From the IMG/VR virus record IMGVR_UViG_3300042326_002445, positions 62,001-126,000 of that record: 64,000 bases of DNA; one strand, written 5' to 3'. The notes beneath the pieces are model-generated. The model made no database searches, was not told the DNA's origin, and saw only the letters and a program-made list of their open reading frames with translations. Shown here piece after piece: positions 19,901 to 28,118 of this stretch. The position numbers and the translations under genes are program-made. Within the stretch, counting starts at the first letter, position 1. The number at the start of each line of letters is the position of its first letter.

Positions 19901-22881
19901 ACTCAATATCTTCTTGTCCTTTTAAGTGCCCATCTTGTGTTGAATCTACAGGCGGAAATGATGCATGCTCTGCAGCAAATTTTGAATGCACAGGATCTGA
20001 CAATACAACTTGCGTTACCATAATTGGTTTAGGAAATATATTATTGCCAAGTACTTCTAGTTCTTCGAGTTCAAGTAATTTTAATTCTTCTAGCAGTTCA
20101 TCAAATAATGTTTACGATCCTTATTCTGAATACTCTGATGGAAGTAATTTTGTAGAGCCATACAATCCAGATATCCCTCCTTTTGAGCTACCTCCTGCTG
20201 GCTCAAATGAATTAATAATAGAAGACATTCCATTTGAGACTCTATCAATTCCTGCTAGTTCAATTTTTTCAGGAGAAAATGCTTCATCTCTAAGAGAGGG
20301 AGATAGTCCAATAGTTCAATACTATTCTGATATTGATTGGATTCCAGAAATAAACACTGATTTATTTACTGGGTTAACTGCTTCTTATGATCTTAAAATG
20401 AAAGTCAGAAAAATTAAACAAAGTATTCCATTTGGCTCTTCTCCTATTTTTGATGGCATAAATGATGCGGCAAGATTAATAAAGTCAACTTTTGACTCAG
20501 ATCAAATAATAAAAAATATTCTCATTCTAAGTGACAATGATGAGAATACTAGTGGAATTTCTCCACTGCAAGTTATTGAAAATGTTAATGCTATTGACGG
20601 TTCAAGAAAAGTAAAAATAAATTCATTTAATATCAGTACTTTCTATCCAGTTACTGTTAGTGCTCAAGCTTCAAGGGCAAACATGTCTGGAGTTGGTGAA
20701 GTTGTGAAACAGACAGGTGGTTCTAATTTTGCCCTATTGTCATCTAGTTTACTTGATGAGGCTTCTGAATTTGCATTTACTGGCTCAGCTGGCTCAGCTG
20801 GTGCAGGCAAATTGTCTTTAACTCTTGATTTTGAAGAACAAATAATTATAAATTCTGTAAATCCAAATATAGAAATTGGAAAAGCAGATTTTATATCTTA
20901 TAAAATTGCTTATTCAAATGATGGTGAAAATTATACTTATATTCCAGAAGAATTTGACGCTGGTACCGCATGTCAGGTTAATGTAAAATCTAAATATTTA
21001 AAAATAGACTTTGAAGGCATAATAGATTTTGATAAGATAGATGAATATTTCTCAGCAGACCCATATGATCCATATAGTGAATCTATAAAAATTAGTAAAT
21101 ATGATTTATCAAAAATAAGAGGTATTAATTTAAATATTTCTGCAGCAGATGATAATTACATATATTTGGATAAAATCAGTCTATCATCCGCTCCACAACA
21201 AATTATTATATTTGTTAATTGGGAGGGTCCATCTGATTCTGAGATATCTGCTGGTGTTTCTACTTCTGATAGTGGTGACTGGAAAGATTACTCTCGTGAT
21301 GCTCAAAATGTAGCCATGGGTTCTGGCAAAGTAATTATACCAATAAGGTATAAAGATAAATTTAATGTTATACGTGAAGAGCTAGCTCAAATTAGTCCGT
21401 TTGTTTTTGAATTGCCTCACGGTTCTGTGCATAAAAATGCAGTGATTGCCATCTATAAAGACAATGGAGATTTACTAAATGAGTCAGAATATGCTGTAGA
21501 TAGAGATTTGGGTTTAATTAGAATGCAATATTCTATGTACGGAGAAAAGCTTTACGTTACTGTAGATGAAGAAAAAAGCTTAAAAATTGGAGTAAAAGCA
21601 TCTTTTGGTACAAAACCTGGTAATATATCTATAAGTAGTATAGGTTACATGCTAACAGTAAACGAAAATCTTACTCCAGTTAATGTCAATCAGCCACCAA
21701 TCGCCGTTAATGTGCGAATTAATCCACTGATAGTGTACCCGTACACTAATGTATATGTTTCTTATAGATATCTGGATCAAGATGGTGATGTTGAAGATGT
21801 AGATAAAAGAGTGATAAAATGGTATAAAAATGGCGTAGAGATTCCAGAGTTAATGAATATTTTATCATATAATGACTTGCATGATAGCGAGGATGTAACA
21901 TACTCATTCTATTATACTTCTAATTATGCAGAAATAGAAGCAATGTCTCCTGGGGTAACTGCAGAATTGCTTGCAAGTTTTGCTAATGAAAGAATATTTG
22001 AGCCAGGAGATCAGATTTATTTTACAGTTCAGGTGCATGATGGAGTGCAATTAAGTAACGCTTTCAGAAGTCCTACTGTAACGGTTTCAGATTATCCAGT
22101 TTCTCCATCTTCTATAACAATTAGATCTAGATACGCAAGTGCTGCAGATATTAAACTTACTACGGGAGGAGTTTTGGGGGGTGGAGGAAATGCTGCTGAT
22201 CCTGCTAATTTTGGTCAACTTGCTAATGAATTCACTAATAGAACAAGATTGTTTTTAGACTTTGATCTTTTTTCTCCAGCAGCATTTAATCTTGCGGTGG
22301 TCACGTGGTATGTGGTGGACAATGCTGGTAATATCATTACATTTAAATCAGGTAAAATATCGGATGTCCAATCTGGCATGTATTCAATAGGCCCATCTGA
22401 TATAAATATTTTTAATTTTGAAGCTGTTAAAATTGGACATCAGATTTATGCAGATTTGTTTATCCCAAGAAATGCAGCTCCTGGTATTTTAAATGACATA
22501 ACTATCAGAAGTAATACAGTAACAATCACCAATCTTGTTCCAAGAGCATCAAGCGTTGTATTGGAAAAAATAGTAGATGCTGGTACTGTTATATCTTATT
22601 GGAGATTTACTTACATGTTTGAAGATGAAGATGTTTATCAAAATGAGCCAGGACAATCGGATAACAGCACCATAAGGCTTTATAAGAAAACTCCAGCAGA
22701 AGATGTATTTACCTTAGAGACAAGAATTACAGATCCACTTAACTTCTTTATACCAAGTGATTATTACGATGAGGGTACGCAGATCTATTTAGAAGTAATA
22801 CCATTTGACAATGTTGCATATGGCGCTTCTGTAAAAAGTGAAATAGCGACTTGGACCAGGCCAAGTGGTCCTCCGCTGTAG
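10984..22881 (+). CDS. Giant (3965 aa) multidomain virion/adhesion protein: split vWA, FN3/Ig-like, LamG, Kelch propeller, PPC domain, Gly/Ser linkers
   Basis: FVLDHSGSM (12262-12288); YHMNEGSGSKVYDFSGNNLH LamG (~12790); Kelch repeats WRKIANMNLRRAMH...LYSIGG (~17400-18545); GVIGPVGDVDLFAF PPC (~19306); vWA second half GSSPIFDGI...ILILSDNDEN...TGG (~20430-20730). Confidence 0.65.
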   Translation: MINFSKCSLNGCSFKLLYDQQSSILEDQISYLAVNFFNSDSYWVPYKTNYPSLSDISMKLGKVSLDASVADTSEYSSGSISFSVDIKDEGDYVAAFKVSKENGISICSSLTISHSLLPGTNTTSYLFYPDRYGVFSEVPVNQDNKIFDFQHNMSQIGQDSVWITIEFSALVAGRYIFNMSVASNESFDFIDLDTSNFIVEGFTIFKKTHFDTSGLSLRNTASVNSSTFSSYRVNSLAESHPLSFNSFLNTIKQGEARIIGLFGLYEDSKFYSLEKSVSFKLSDFSENPRSVISIIPGGISADETLLNKLCVIFSEHYNNSLWHFSYSADSSGVSGKTFKLMGEDLGIQQKTISLDIFSSDNKYSSEDSGDNFTKNKVVIQPPVGVPLEISKITDNSISENLKDNFALLSDDRGEYYALNLPDRHQSFVLDHSGSMSWSDVSGERFGLINDIVDKFEQIYPGSVSYSLTTFKGTPVIVEWFGAIENNVEDSNDPDSVRTGFLQGKYTNFRGCHIVRKKGVAPSSPTDGEILFNGFDKVFYDTGLEESVDYYYSIYPLDSNNRLGSPSIIKAKTRSNEIVKGIKSLSGKELIGTGIRRDERSFFIYHMNEGSGSKVYDFSGNNLHLFIPSAARNSIIWLDESESPPVDADSNVGKGSGLRLTGRNSLCSWTGSLQSVFNGLNISFWCYLFQNIGTIEKNFISIRSGEKLFEIKLGSEKISVRLNGTTVGVLSFSFEVESWNHVSVNISEDWNTCTLYVNGVPVDSFLLGYYKELISLFYSNYINAIELGDISDNGFKGKISEVSCRKESVSSAEIEYESSFVPKDNGDRLLLLSWFTNLDNTGHRIVIKYKQESGPLRLLDEDIAGPANYGRYQGDSTFGNPPNTPPGRIIQSDLRARICYGDDIGPVSADDGISVFDSYVDGDVNECAFAYQFNSSITKKNRFSVDIPGFRNFFRIFRINENGEQSYPDDSGLLEYTPASYEDSSLPNNGVGAVENISVITGNRKIRLKWDVPQNSNIESVIIYYSDEPIEEDFLDRSDNYPQKYPVFAGIKEQNSFTHFYGRVRDSQRKSAAPGSFQSTLTAAIAESEDDLDNGKTAYYAIVSRDQYGRMSSPVFVNGTPNEENNDSGIPPENIIAHRAYGVDYNTISLRWINPVSASRFFDINGWLDDNVVLYFRVTDIYGRRIDEQGDFQIKFRFNDFLNGIVFTSISGGDDIKPASIVGLFDTENGSPVVENISFSELVSYNVSNLSNGWTRITVNTNNASLSDRNWADAVYTEVSMVFVRNNNVGQDPIFSFSTQPIRIYLKHPLKFDLIVNDAVFYSPQSYSISGPNASGPAICDYVYNGGNTDIGGESLVYGAYNGRSLPYTFAVNASYKNSPLPVGSTANIDIFEDSEPSFANTIDGPALLLRGGFSGIVGANPELGTPASQAGLSNEGLIVRNSYPFSTTISPISGQILFEDTPSGKESFGIGEIRVPGSRSFGRVFATVRVGLFYRTLGFYVAFIPTLYVKINASAPNPDGEDVATQYAYAYIVDPNKFRISMNENFNGNISIENFAKPVPDGTQVLWRLTKMRNAIDRPFYSTSQRSVSGNAVDKTIDGISQNVVFGPAANINSSIIEVDSGNVLLIPEEYVITATVSYGGATASASQAACIYPVTVNADQVLPAISQTSFYFAGKSFGKNVSYVQSVYADGEDFAVLEIIKDPRLLLGSDSDIRIEDIKAFCKCYNADGTNGGVENAYLTTLPTNQIIEIKANKLPDCQGSGLSSYIRGKIEILHGSSLNYYVGSNGKLLASSNEIGLDSTLTEVRESNRADIVVRANTFIPLKWKYYTKLEADPGPLTPVFCNFINSGFASSVYHNVTISASTSVIINGMEKSIFSDGGIASGNPPKMLKFIEPLYLQFAYILKNGQKVNGEVIEVDGNSVYEFIFAIKFAGLPVPDGTEVKFYKCGSNELVLNSNVGYTFTKEEIGPWSYGPNGELETSSISMVSMKISPISPVNPIFGSLFAEINYDKNGQVFRQRVAGIDFVYTGANSLAVTSSNLPNTGSGAVNTGNDPGNGQFGSGLPSGGGSAGGNGQSNNFGSIGGGTSGSPPGSNPATSLLPFPEIFAELENATSRLLINTAFSNECYIYDLLVSDASYKWRKIANMNLRRAMHVSEFVSGNLYSIGGLVGFTSSDTNADATVLVTDTCERWNPSENRWTTARKCLSKRFGCLSCADDRFIYLIGGFETKLKGSISPSGQAVQSRVPYVSRRFERYDTITNTWLSMAPMPVFDLNGNQLDIAAENTLTDRIGNDDVNFEQYGCALGKAFIKNNKIIIINGARKVDDKLNVEKYNDKIMVYDIGTNTWSVSANIPSSLASEFCRLYPIVWEENDSVHIYGGSSSIIENVNAEVGDEEFIIEKNRSFALQNSFGIPLEDIVYGAISIENIYRSDYLFGNLPKARDQVSFAHIYGEGVYLFGGRVFAQNESLGTNATRTAERISEVDEAYIVENLVKSPFGFSNTGCTNDGSRLIYITGGTTTNQSPGFVRLEIEAYGEQTEQINTERFSSIEPANATVRLDGFSGVDLKISAYDDEGDYVVGNLEVEISGLLAYGTGDDELEGGASIGGMQRAPTLNRRRKRKGTRVYPIVLNPYRVNLSNGIGYSRLEGRSEDVLKSLTEIQEILNADLSADQAVLGTASELQLRQGSVRFPYRISIVGRVIDDFYFGKTSYVSTEDQEVQQEVFLPENEVTDVIADAGDFGSATVMPPMLPAYASSSSPLPIADYGPVLTCSAIGVIGPVGDVDLFAFIPPKSGVYTITIEQRGFSQLLPMVSVFNESQFPYPINGTASNEIRFDNFGYSSDGRTANIELLKDVTYYFQISSYAGADSAEVNKVGAYRIRFTIPIAIIQNQGTSSSSSSSSGNNSSSSSSSNQNSGEVVSFNIFEYVTENTIANLSTPWSSVLRDFYNTYFRFLLANGGYNSQALQVAIDTVNSISSCPFKCPSCVESTGGNDACSAANFECTGSDNTTCVTIIGLGNILLPSTSSSSSSSNFNSSSSSSNNVYDPYSEYSDGSNFVEPYNPDIPPFELPPAGSNELIIEDIPFETLSIPASSIFSGENASSLREGDSPIVQYYSDIDWIPEINTDLFTGLTASYDLKMKVRKIKQSIPFGSSPIFDGINDAARLIKSTFDSDQIIKNILILSDNDENTSGISPLQVIENVNAIDGSRKVKINSFNISTFYPVTVSAQASRANMSGVGEVVKQTGGSNFALLSSSLLDEASEFAFTGSAGSAGAGKLSLTLDFEEQIIINSVNPNIEIGKADFISYKIAYSNDGENYTYIPEEFDAGTACQVNVKSKYLKIDFEGIIDFDKIDEYFSADPYDPYSESIKISKYDLSKIRGINLNISAADDNYIYLDKISLSSAPQQIIIFVNWEGPSDSEISAGVSTSDSGDWKDYSRDAQNVAMGSGKVIIPIRYKDKFNVIREELAQISPFVFELPHGSVHKNAVIAIYKDNGDLLNESEYAVDRDLGLIRMQYSMYGEKLYVTVDEEKSLKIGVKASFGTKPGNISISSIGYMLTVNENLTPVNVNQPPIAVNVRINPLIVYPYTNVYVSYRYLDQDGDVEDVDKRVIKWYKNGVEIPELMNILSYNDLHDSEDVTYSFYYTSNYAEIEAMSPGVTAELLASFANERIFEPGDQIYFTVQVHDGVQLSNAFRSPTVTVSDYPVSPSSITIRSRYASAADIKLTTGGVLGGGGNAADPANFGQLANEFTNRTRLFLDFDLFSPAAFNLAVVTWYVVDNAGNIITFKSGKISDVQSGMYSIGPSDINIFNFEAVKIGHQIYADLFIPRNAAPGILNDITIRSNTVTITNLVPRASSVVLEKIVDAGTVISYWRFTYMFEDEDVYQNEPGQSDNSTIRLYKKTPAEDVFTLETRITDPLNFFIPSDYYDEGTQIYLEVIPFDNVAYGASVKSEIATWTRPSGPPL
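17086..17280 (+). repeat. Gly/Asn/Ser-rich flexible linker
   Basis: GSGAVNTGNDPGNGQFGSGLPSGGGSAGGNGQSNNFGSIGGGTSGSPPGS. Confidence 0.8.
19663..19716 (+). repeat. Poly-Ser tract
   Basis: SSSSSSSSGNNSSSSSSS. Confidence 0.9.
20050..20103 (+). repeat. Poly-Ser tract
   Basis: STSSSSSSSNFNSSSSSS. Confidence 0.9.
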
Positions 22882-22903
22882 CTTTAAATTACGATAAATT
22901 AGC

Positions 22904-23629
22904 ATGAATCTCTTGATTGGCATATTGCAATACAACAAGTCGGCTGTTACCGCCAAGTGTATAACCTGTATAGAAAATTATACACATGATATAAATTATT
23001 CAATATATCTTTTAGATAATAATTCCAGCGATGGGTCATTTCAAGAAATTGTTAATTTTTGTAAAGATAAAAAAAATATTACAATTGAAAAAAGCGAAAC
23101 CAATACTGGAGTGATAGGCGGAAGAAATATGATATTTAATTTTTTTAAACAACAAAATCAATTTAGTCATATTATGTTTATAGACAATGATCAGTTTGTG
23201 AAAGAAAAATGGGCAGAAGGATATGTAGATTTATTTAATCTTCATAAGAAGTCTTTGTGTGGCATTGAGGCTTGGATTTTATCTAGTAATTTTACACCAT
23301 TAAGAAAATGTTCTTTAAAAGATAGTGGGTTTTCTTACGTAGGATGTGGAGGAATGATGATTTCGCGAGAAGCTTTTGACGAAATAGGAAGTTTTGACGA
23401 TAGTTTTAATCCCGCATACTTTGAAGATCCAGATTATTGTTTAAGAGCGTATGACAAAAAAATTCCTGTATTATGGAATAAAAATTCAAAGATAGATCAC
23501 ATGCCTCATCAAACTCTTGGTCAAAGATCATTGAATGCCTCTATGTCATTTCGAAAATCTCTTAATAATTTTAGAAACAAATGGAGAGGTAGATTTGGTG
23601 GTGGTATACTTTTTAGGAATGAAGCATGA
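22904..23629 (+). CDS. Glycosyltransferase family 2
   Basis: LLDNNSSDGS, NTGVIGGRN, FIDNDQ (DxD), GGMMISREAFDEIGSFDDSFNPAYFEDPDYCLRA. Confidence 0.9.
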   Translation: MNLLIGILQYNKSAVTAKCITCIENYTHDINYSIYLLDNNSSDGSFQEIVNFCKDKKNITIEKSETNTGVIGGRNMIFNFFKQQNQFSHIMFIDNDQFVKEKWAEGYVDLFNLHKKSLCGIEAWILSSNFTPLRKCSLKDSGFSYVGCGGMMISREAFDEIGSFDDSFNPAYFEDPDYCLRAYDKKIPVLWNKNSKIDHMPHQTLGQRSLNASMSFRKSLNNFRNKWRGRFGGGILFRNEA

Positions 23630-24702
23630 AAAAAGCATGTATTTTATCTAACCATATTTATCCATTTCACGTTGGTGGATCTGAAATGGTTATTAAAAAT
23701 GTAACAGAACATTTATTAGACAAAAACATATGTGTTGACGTATTCGGTTGGGATGTTTCAAAAGATACTGTACACAACGGAGTAAATATTTATAAAATGA
23801 ATATTGAAAAGATTAAATATATTCTTTTTCATTATGATGTTATAATTATATATAGTGATGCTTTTATAAATCTTATGCAAGTTTTGAAGTTAAATGTAGA
23901 ATTCAAAAAACGTATAATTATTTTTCCTGTTGGATTTACGGGAATGAGGTCGAGTTCTGCGCTAAAAGAAACAATGTTAAAAAATTTAACGCATATTAAT
24001 TTTGTATGTCATGATGAAAATTACGTTGATGCAATTTTCCTTAGGGAAAATAACATCCCATATTCGATTATCCCAAATGGCGTAAGTGAAAAAGAGTTTA
24101 AATTTACACCTAAAAATATATCTAATGGAGATATAAAAAATATCATTTGTGTGGCAAATACTTTTCCTAAAAAAGGACATGTTGAGCTTTTACAAGTTTG
24201 CGATATTTTATTAGAAAAATTAAAATTTAACTTACACATTTTTTGTCATACCCCGTCATGGGATGTTGGTAAGCGATTGCAAAATCAGCTTTGTCAATTT
24301 AGTAAAACAAAAAAGTATCCAGTATATTTTCATATAGATAAAGATCGTTCTGAGCTTATAAAAGGGCTAGAGTCTAGCGATTTGTTTTTATTCTGTTCTC
24401 TTAAGGAAGTTGCTCCTTTGTGCATTATAGAGAGTGCTGCTTCAGGTCTTCCTTGGGTGTCATTTAATGTTGGCAACGTTAGTAGTATTTCCGGTGGCAT
24501 TGTTAATAAGGATTGCTCTTATGACCATGCAGGTTACGTTATTCCAGAACAAAATTTGTTACATAATCATGTAAAAGTTATTTTAGAATTATTAAATGAT
24601 GATAAAAAGTACTCACAGTTATCTGAAGAAGGTGTAGATTTTGCTAAAAAAATAACTTGGAGCAATATAGCTAAACAGTATGCAAAAATTATACAAGATT
24701 AA
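23626..24702 (+). CDS. Glycosyltransferase family 4 (GT-B)
   Basis: GGSE N-terminal motif, IIPNGV, KKGH, SDLFLFCSLKEVAPLCIIESAASGLPWVSFNVG. Confidence 0.9.
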   Translation: MKKACILSNHIYPFHVGGSEMVIKNVTEHLLDKNICVDVFGWDVSKDTVHNGVNIYKMNIEKIKYILFHYDVIIIYSDAFINLMQVLKLNVEFKKRIIIFPVGFTGMRSSSALKETMLKNLTHINFVCHDENYVDAIFLRENNIPYSIIPNGVSEKEFKFTPKNISNGDIKNIICVANTFPKKGHVELLQVCDILLEKLKFNLHIFCHTPSWDVGKRLQNQLCQFSKTKKYPVYFHIDKDRSELIKGLESSDLFLFCSLKEVAPLCIIESAASGLPWVSFNVGNVSSISGGIVNKDCSYDHAGYVIPEQNLLHNHVKVILELLNDDKKYSQLSEEGVDFAKKITWSNIAKQYAKIIQD

Positions 24703-25471
24703 ATCAAGAATCACTCGCAGTAATCACGATGTATGTGTTATATGCTGTGCTCGTAATGGATCTGTATATGCAAAAGAGTCACTTGAATCTGTTATCTTAC
24801 AAAAGTCTTGTGCTTTTAAATTGATGCTACTGGATGATGCATCTGAAGATTCTACTTTAGATGTGTGTTCTCAAATTTTGTCTAGTAGTGAAGTGGATTA
24901 TGAAATATATCATGTCAAAAATAATCTAGGAGTTCCCTCTGCCAGAAATATTCTTATATCTCATTGTGATTGTCAATTTATTGCCATACACGACATAGAT
25001 GATATCATGATGCCATTTAGATTATTTTTTCAAATTAATTTTTTAAAACAATTTTCAGATGTTCATGCTGTTGGCGGTCATGCGTATAAAATAGATAGTC
25101 AAGGCAACTTTATAGACACAATGTCTTATCCCCCAAGAGATAATGCCGATATACTCAATATGTTGCCAGGAAGGGTTAATCCGATGATTGATCCCACCGT
25201 AATGATGAGATTACATTCTTTTCAAAAAATGAATGGTTATTCTGAAAATGAAAATTTAAGACTGGCGCAAGATTTTGATTTATGGATTAGAATGTGTAAA
25301 AGTGGTATGAGACTAGCAAATATTCAAGGTCCTCTCACAATTTATAGAGTCTCAGATTCTGGATTGACTGTTAGTAAAAAAAATGACATGATAAAAGCTC
25401 ATGTATACGTTCAATCTATTCACAAATCTTTTTTAGAACAAATTAGGAGCATAAATGGCAAAAGCAAATAA
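24680..25471 (+). CDS. Glycosyltransferase family 2
   Basis: LLDDASEDST, NLGVPSARN, IAIHDIDD, AQDFDLWIR. Confidence 0.9.
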   Translation: MQKLYKIKSRITRSNHDVCVICCARNGSVYAKESLESVILQKSCAFKLMLLDDASEDSTLDVCSQILSSSEVDYEIYHVKNNLGVPSARNILISHCDCQFIAIHDIDDIMMPFRLFFQINFLKQFSDVHAVGGHAYKIDSQGNFIDTMSYPPRDNADILNMLPGRVNPMIDPTVMMRLHSFQKMNGYSENENLRLAQDFDLWIRMCKSGMRLANIQGPLTIYRVSDSGLTVSKKNDMIKAHVYVQSIHKSFLEQIRSINGKSK

Positions 25472-26675
25472 TAAGCCTATGGCTGACGGCAGTATCGAGA
25501 ATAATGCATGGGGAGTCGAAGATTTAGAGTATCTTTACTTGGCTAAAATGCAAGGTGTTCCTTATGCTGTCATAGCAGAGGAGTTAAAGAGGTCTGTAGA
25601 AGCGTGCAAAAGCAAGTGGCTTAAACATGACTGGGTTTCTTCTGGTATAGCAGACATAGTTTTAGAAAGAAATGCGAAAGCTAAGAAGGCTGCTTTTGAA
25701 CAGAAGCAAATGAAGTCAGTAGAAGACAGGCTTAGCATGTACAGAATGAGATATGACATTGTTGCTGATCGCATGGAAAAAGCCGTTAAAAAATTGCCAG
25801 AAATTAAACGTTGCAATTGGAACCCACCAAGACGAAAGAATCACAGGGGTGAAGAGCATGTCGGTTTAATACTTAGTGATTTACACATAGGTCACTCTCA
25901 TAGTATGGAGGAAACTGGTGGATTGTCGCAATACAATTTAGACATTTTTATTAAAAGGTTGCATTGTTTGCAAAAAAGTGTTTCTGATATATATGAATTG
26001 CATAGCTACCTTTACGAGTTGCCTACTTTGCATATATTTTGTTTAGGTGATATTGTGGATGGGAGTAATGCTGCAGGAGCATGGTCTCCAGTATATATTG
26101 ACACTCCAGTATATGACCAATTAATGCTTGGTTTTGAGCACTTGTCTCAAAGCATTCAATATCTTTTGACTATATTCAAGAACATTAAATTTTATGGAGT
26201 GCGTGGCAATCATGGTCGCATAGCTCCTAATGGAGTAGAAAAAGATTACGCCAACTGGGATAATGTTATTTACCATATGCTAAGAGTAAAATTTTCAGAA
26301 AATCCCCGTATAGAGTTTAATATTCCAAAGACCTGGTGGATTATGGAAAACATTAAAGACCATAATTTTTTACTAGTCCATGGTGACGACGTAAGAGGTA
26401 GTGGTAATGCCATTAAAAACTTAGAAAGATTTTCTGCAAGCATGTCGGGTATGCTGAAAGCAAGGCCAGACTATACAATATGTGGACACTTTCATGAATC
26501 TACAGAATTAACATCTAATTTTGGCAAAATGATTATTAATGGGTCATTTGTGGGAGCCGATGTTTATGCCATAAAAAACTTACATAAGTATAGCAGGCCC
26601 GAGCAGAAGATTTTTGGTATTAATAATAGTCATGGAGTGACATGGCGGTACGACCTTGACTTGGGGAACATGTAA
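25455..26675 (+). CDS. Calcineurin-like metallophosphoesterase with N-terminal Myb/HTH-like domain
   Basis: SDLHIG, LGDIVDG, GNHGR, VHGD, GHFH motifs; N-terminal WGVEDLEYL...IAEELKRSVEACKSKW; SD AGGAG at 25445. Confidence 0.8.
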   Translation: MAKANNKPMADGSIENNAWGVEDLEYLYLAKMQGVPYAVIAEELKRSVEACKSKWLKHDWVSSGIADIVLERNAKAKKAAFEQKQMKSVEDRLSMYRMRYDIVADRMEKAVKKLPEIKRCNWNPPRRKNHRGEEHVGLILSDLHIGHSHSMEETGGLSQYNLDIFIKRLHCLQKSVSDIYELHSYLYELPTLHIFCLGDIVDGSNAAGAWSPVYIDTPVYDQLMLGFEHLSQSIQYLLTIFKNIKFYGVRGNHGRIAPNGVEKDYANWDNVIYHMLRVKFSENPRIEFNIPKTWWIMENIKDHNFLLVHGDDVRGSGNAIKNLERFSASMSGMLKARPDYTICGHFHESTELTSNFGKMIINGSFVGADVYAIKNLHKYSRPEQKIFGINNSHGVTWRYDLDLGNM

Positions 26676-27136
26676 TGCTAAATATACCTGATTGGGCTCA
26701 TAATTTTATGAAAAAGCGAGAATGCCCTCATTGTTCTGGTTCCATGAGGGATGCTGCTATAGTGCAAGTGGGCATAAAACTACAGGATAAAAAGCCATGT
26801 TTATTTTACGAAAGTAGATGCAAATTTTGTAATAAAGTTTCTCATACCACAATATACACTGATGCAAATCTTTCTGCATACCAATTAGCAGCCGAAATAT
26901 TGAATAGTTTTGACGAAGAGCCGATTGTTGTAGAACACTCTAAGGTTGGAGCTTCAAAGAAAAAGAAAAGTAAAATGGTAAGTTTCGAAAAAGATTTTTT
27001 AAAGTTAAAAAATTTTATGAAACATAATGATAATTATTTGGAGTTTTTAAAATACTTGGGATTGACAGATGCTGAAATTGAAATGTACGCAAAATGGGAC
27101 AATTTAGAAAATGAAGACACAGATATCTCTAAATAA
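26675..27136 (+). CDS. Hypothetical zinc-ribbon protein
   Basis: CPHC...CKFC; TAATG coupling to the upstream gene. Confidence 0.6.
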   Translation: MLNIPDWAHNFMKKRECPHCSGSMRDAAIVQVGIKLQDKKPCLFYESRCKFCNKVSHTTIYTDANLSAYQLAAEILNSFDEEPIVVEHSKVGASKKKKSKMVSFEKDFLKLKNFMKHNDNYLEFLKYLGLTDAEIEMYAKWDNLENEDTDISK

Positions 27137-28118
27137 TTTTGTATTGCCTTATTTCATAATTAAGTCAGCATGTAGGGACTATGGTGTTTATCCATTTGAT
27201 ATATCTATAAATATGACTGACAGTCAGGTGGGCGATAGTAATCCATTGGAATTTTGTATTTACAAAAAATTTTCCCGCAAACAAATTAATCTTACCATAG
27301 TAAATAAATATTTTAGTAATTTTAAAACGCTACACGGCATAGAAATAGATCAGTCTGTAATGGAAAACGGATTAAGCTCTTGCTCTGTTTTAAGTGATCT
27401 ATATTTTAACAATAGCGAATATCATATTCCTAATGCAAATACTGATGGTCAAAACTTTCCATTTTACGTTATAGCAACAAAGAACGTTATATACCCATAC
27501 TTTAATATTGATAAAATAGATTTAAATGTGCAGTGTCATTCTTACGGATGTTACGATTTTTCTGTCAATGAAAAAGGTTATAGTATAGGTATAAGAAATT
27601 TAAAATCTGAGTTTAGAGATGCTTTTATATTAATTTTAGCTGATTATATGCAAAAATCTCAAAAGAAAAACTCTTCTGGATTTATCAAAGACTCATTAAA
27701 TAGTCCAGAAATTATGAGGATGCTTTATCCATTTGCTGTTTCTTATTTTAATGATGATATGGTTAAGGCAGATGCTTTTATAGGCTTATTGCAAATGTAT
27801 TCTGATACTATCGCTGGCAAACACTGGCTTAACTCTACGACATCTTCAATTAAAACAGCAAGAATGAATCTTAATGATGGAAATTTCTGGATATATGGTT
27901 TGATAGAAAAAATGCTAGCTCCAGCTAGAGGCCCAGATTTTAATATTACAAAAAAATGGGCTCCAATCACAAATGCTATTTGGGAAAATATTGAAAGTGC
28001 TCGTAAAGAATCGGGACTTTCTGGAGCAAGCTTGGAGTTTATGTTAAGAGTAAAGGACCACGGATCTTCAGATGATACTATGGTTATACAAAAGCTAATT
28101 GAGGAGATGCGTTCATGA
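27111..28118 (+). CDS. Hypothetical protein
   Basis: 335 aa ORF in operon context; no motif recognised. Confidence 0.6.
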   Translation: MKTQISLNNFVLPYFIIKSACRDYGVYPFDISINMTDSQVGDSNPLEFCIYKKFSRKQINLTIVNKYFSNFKTLHGIEIDQSVMENGLSSCSVLSDLYFNNSEYHIPNANTDGQNFPFYVIATKNVIYPYFNIDKIDLNVQCHSYGCYDFSVNEKGYSIGIRNLKSEFRDAFILILADYMQKSQKKNSSGFIKDSLNSPEIMRMLYPFAVSYFNDDMVKADAFIGLLQMYSDTIAGKHWLNSTTSSIKTARMNLNDGNFWIYGLIEKMLAPARGPDFNITKKWAPITNAIWENIESARKESGLSGASLEFMLRVKDHGSSDDTMVIQKLIEEMRS

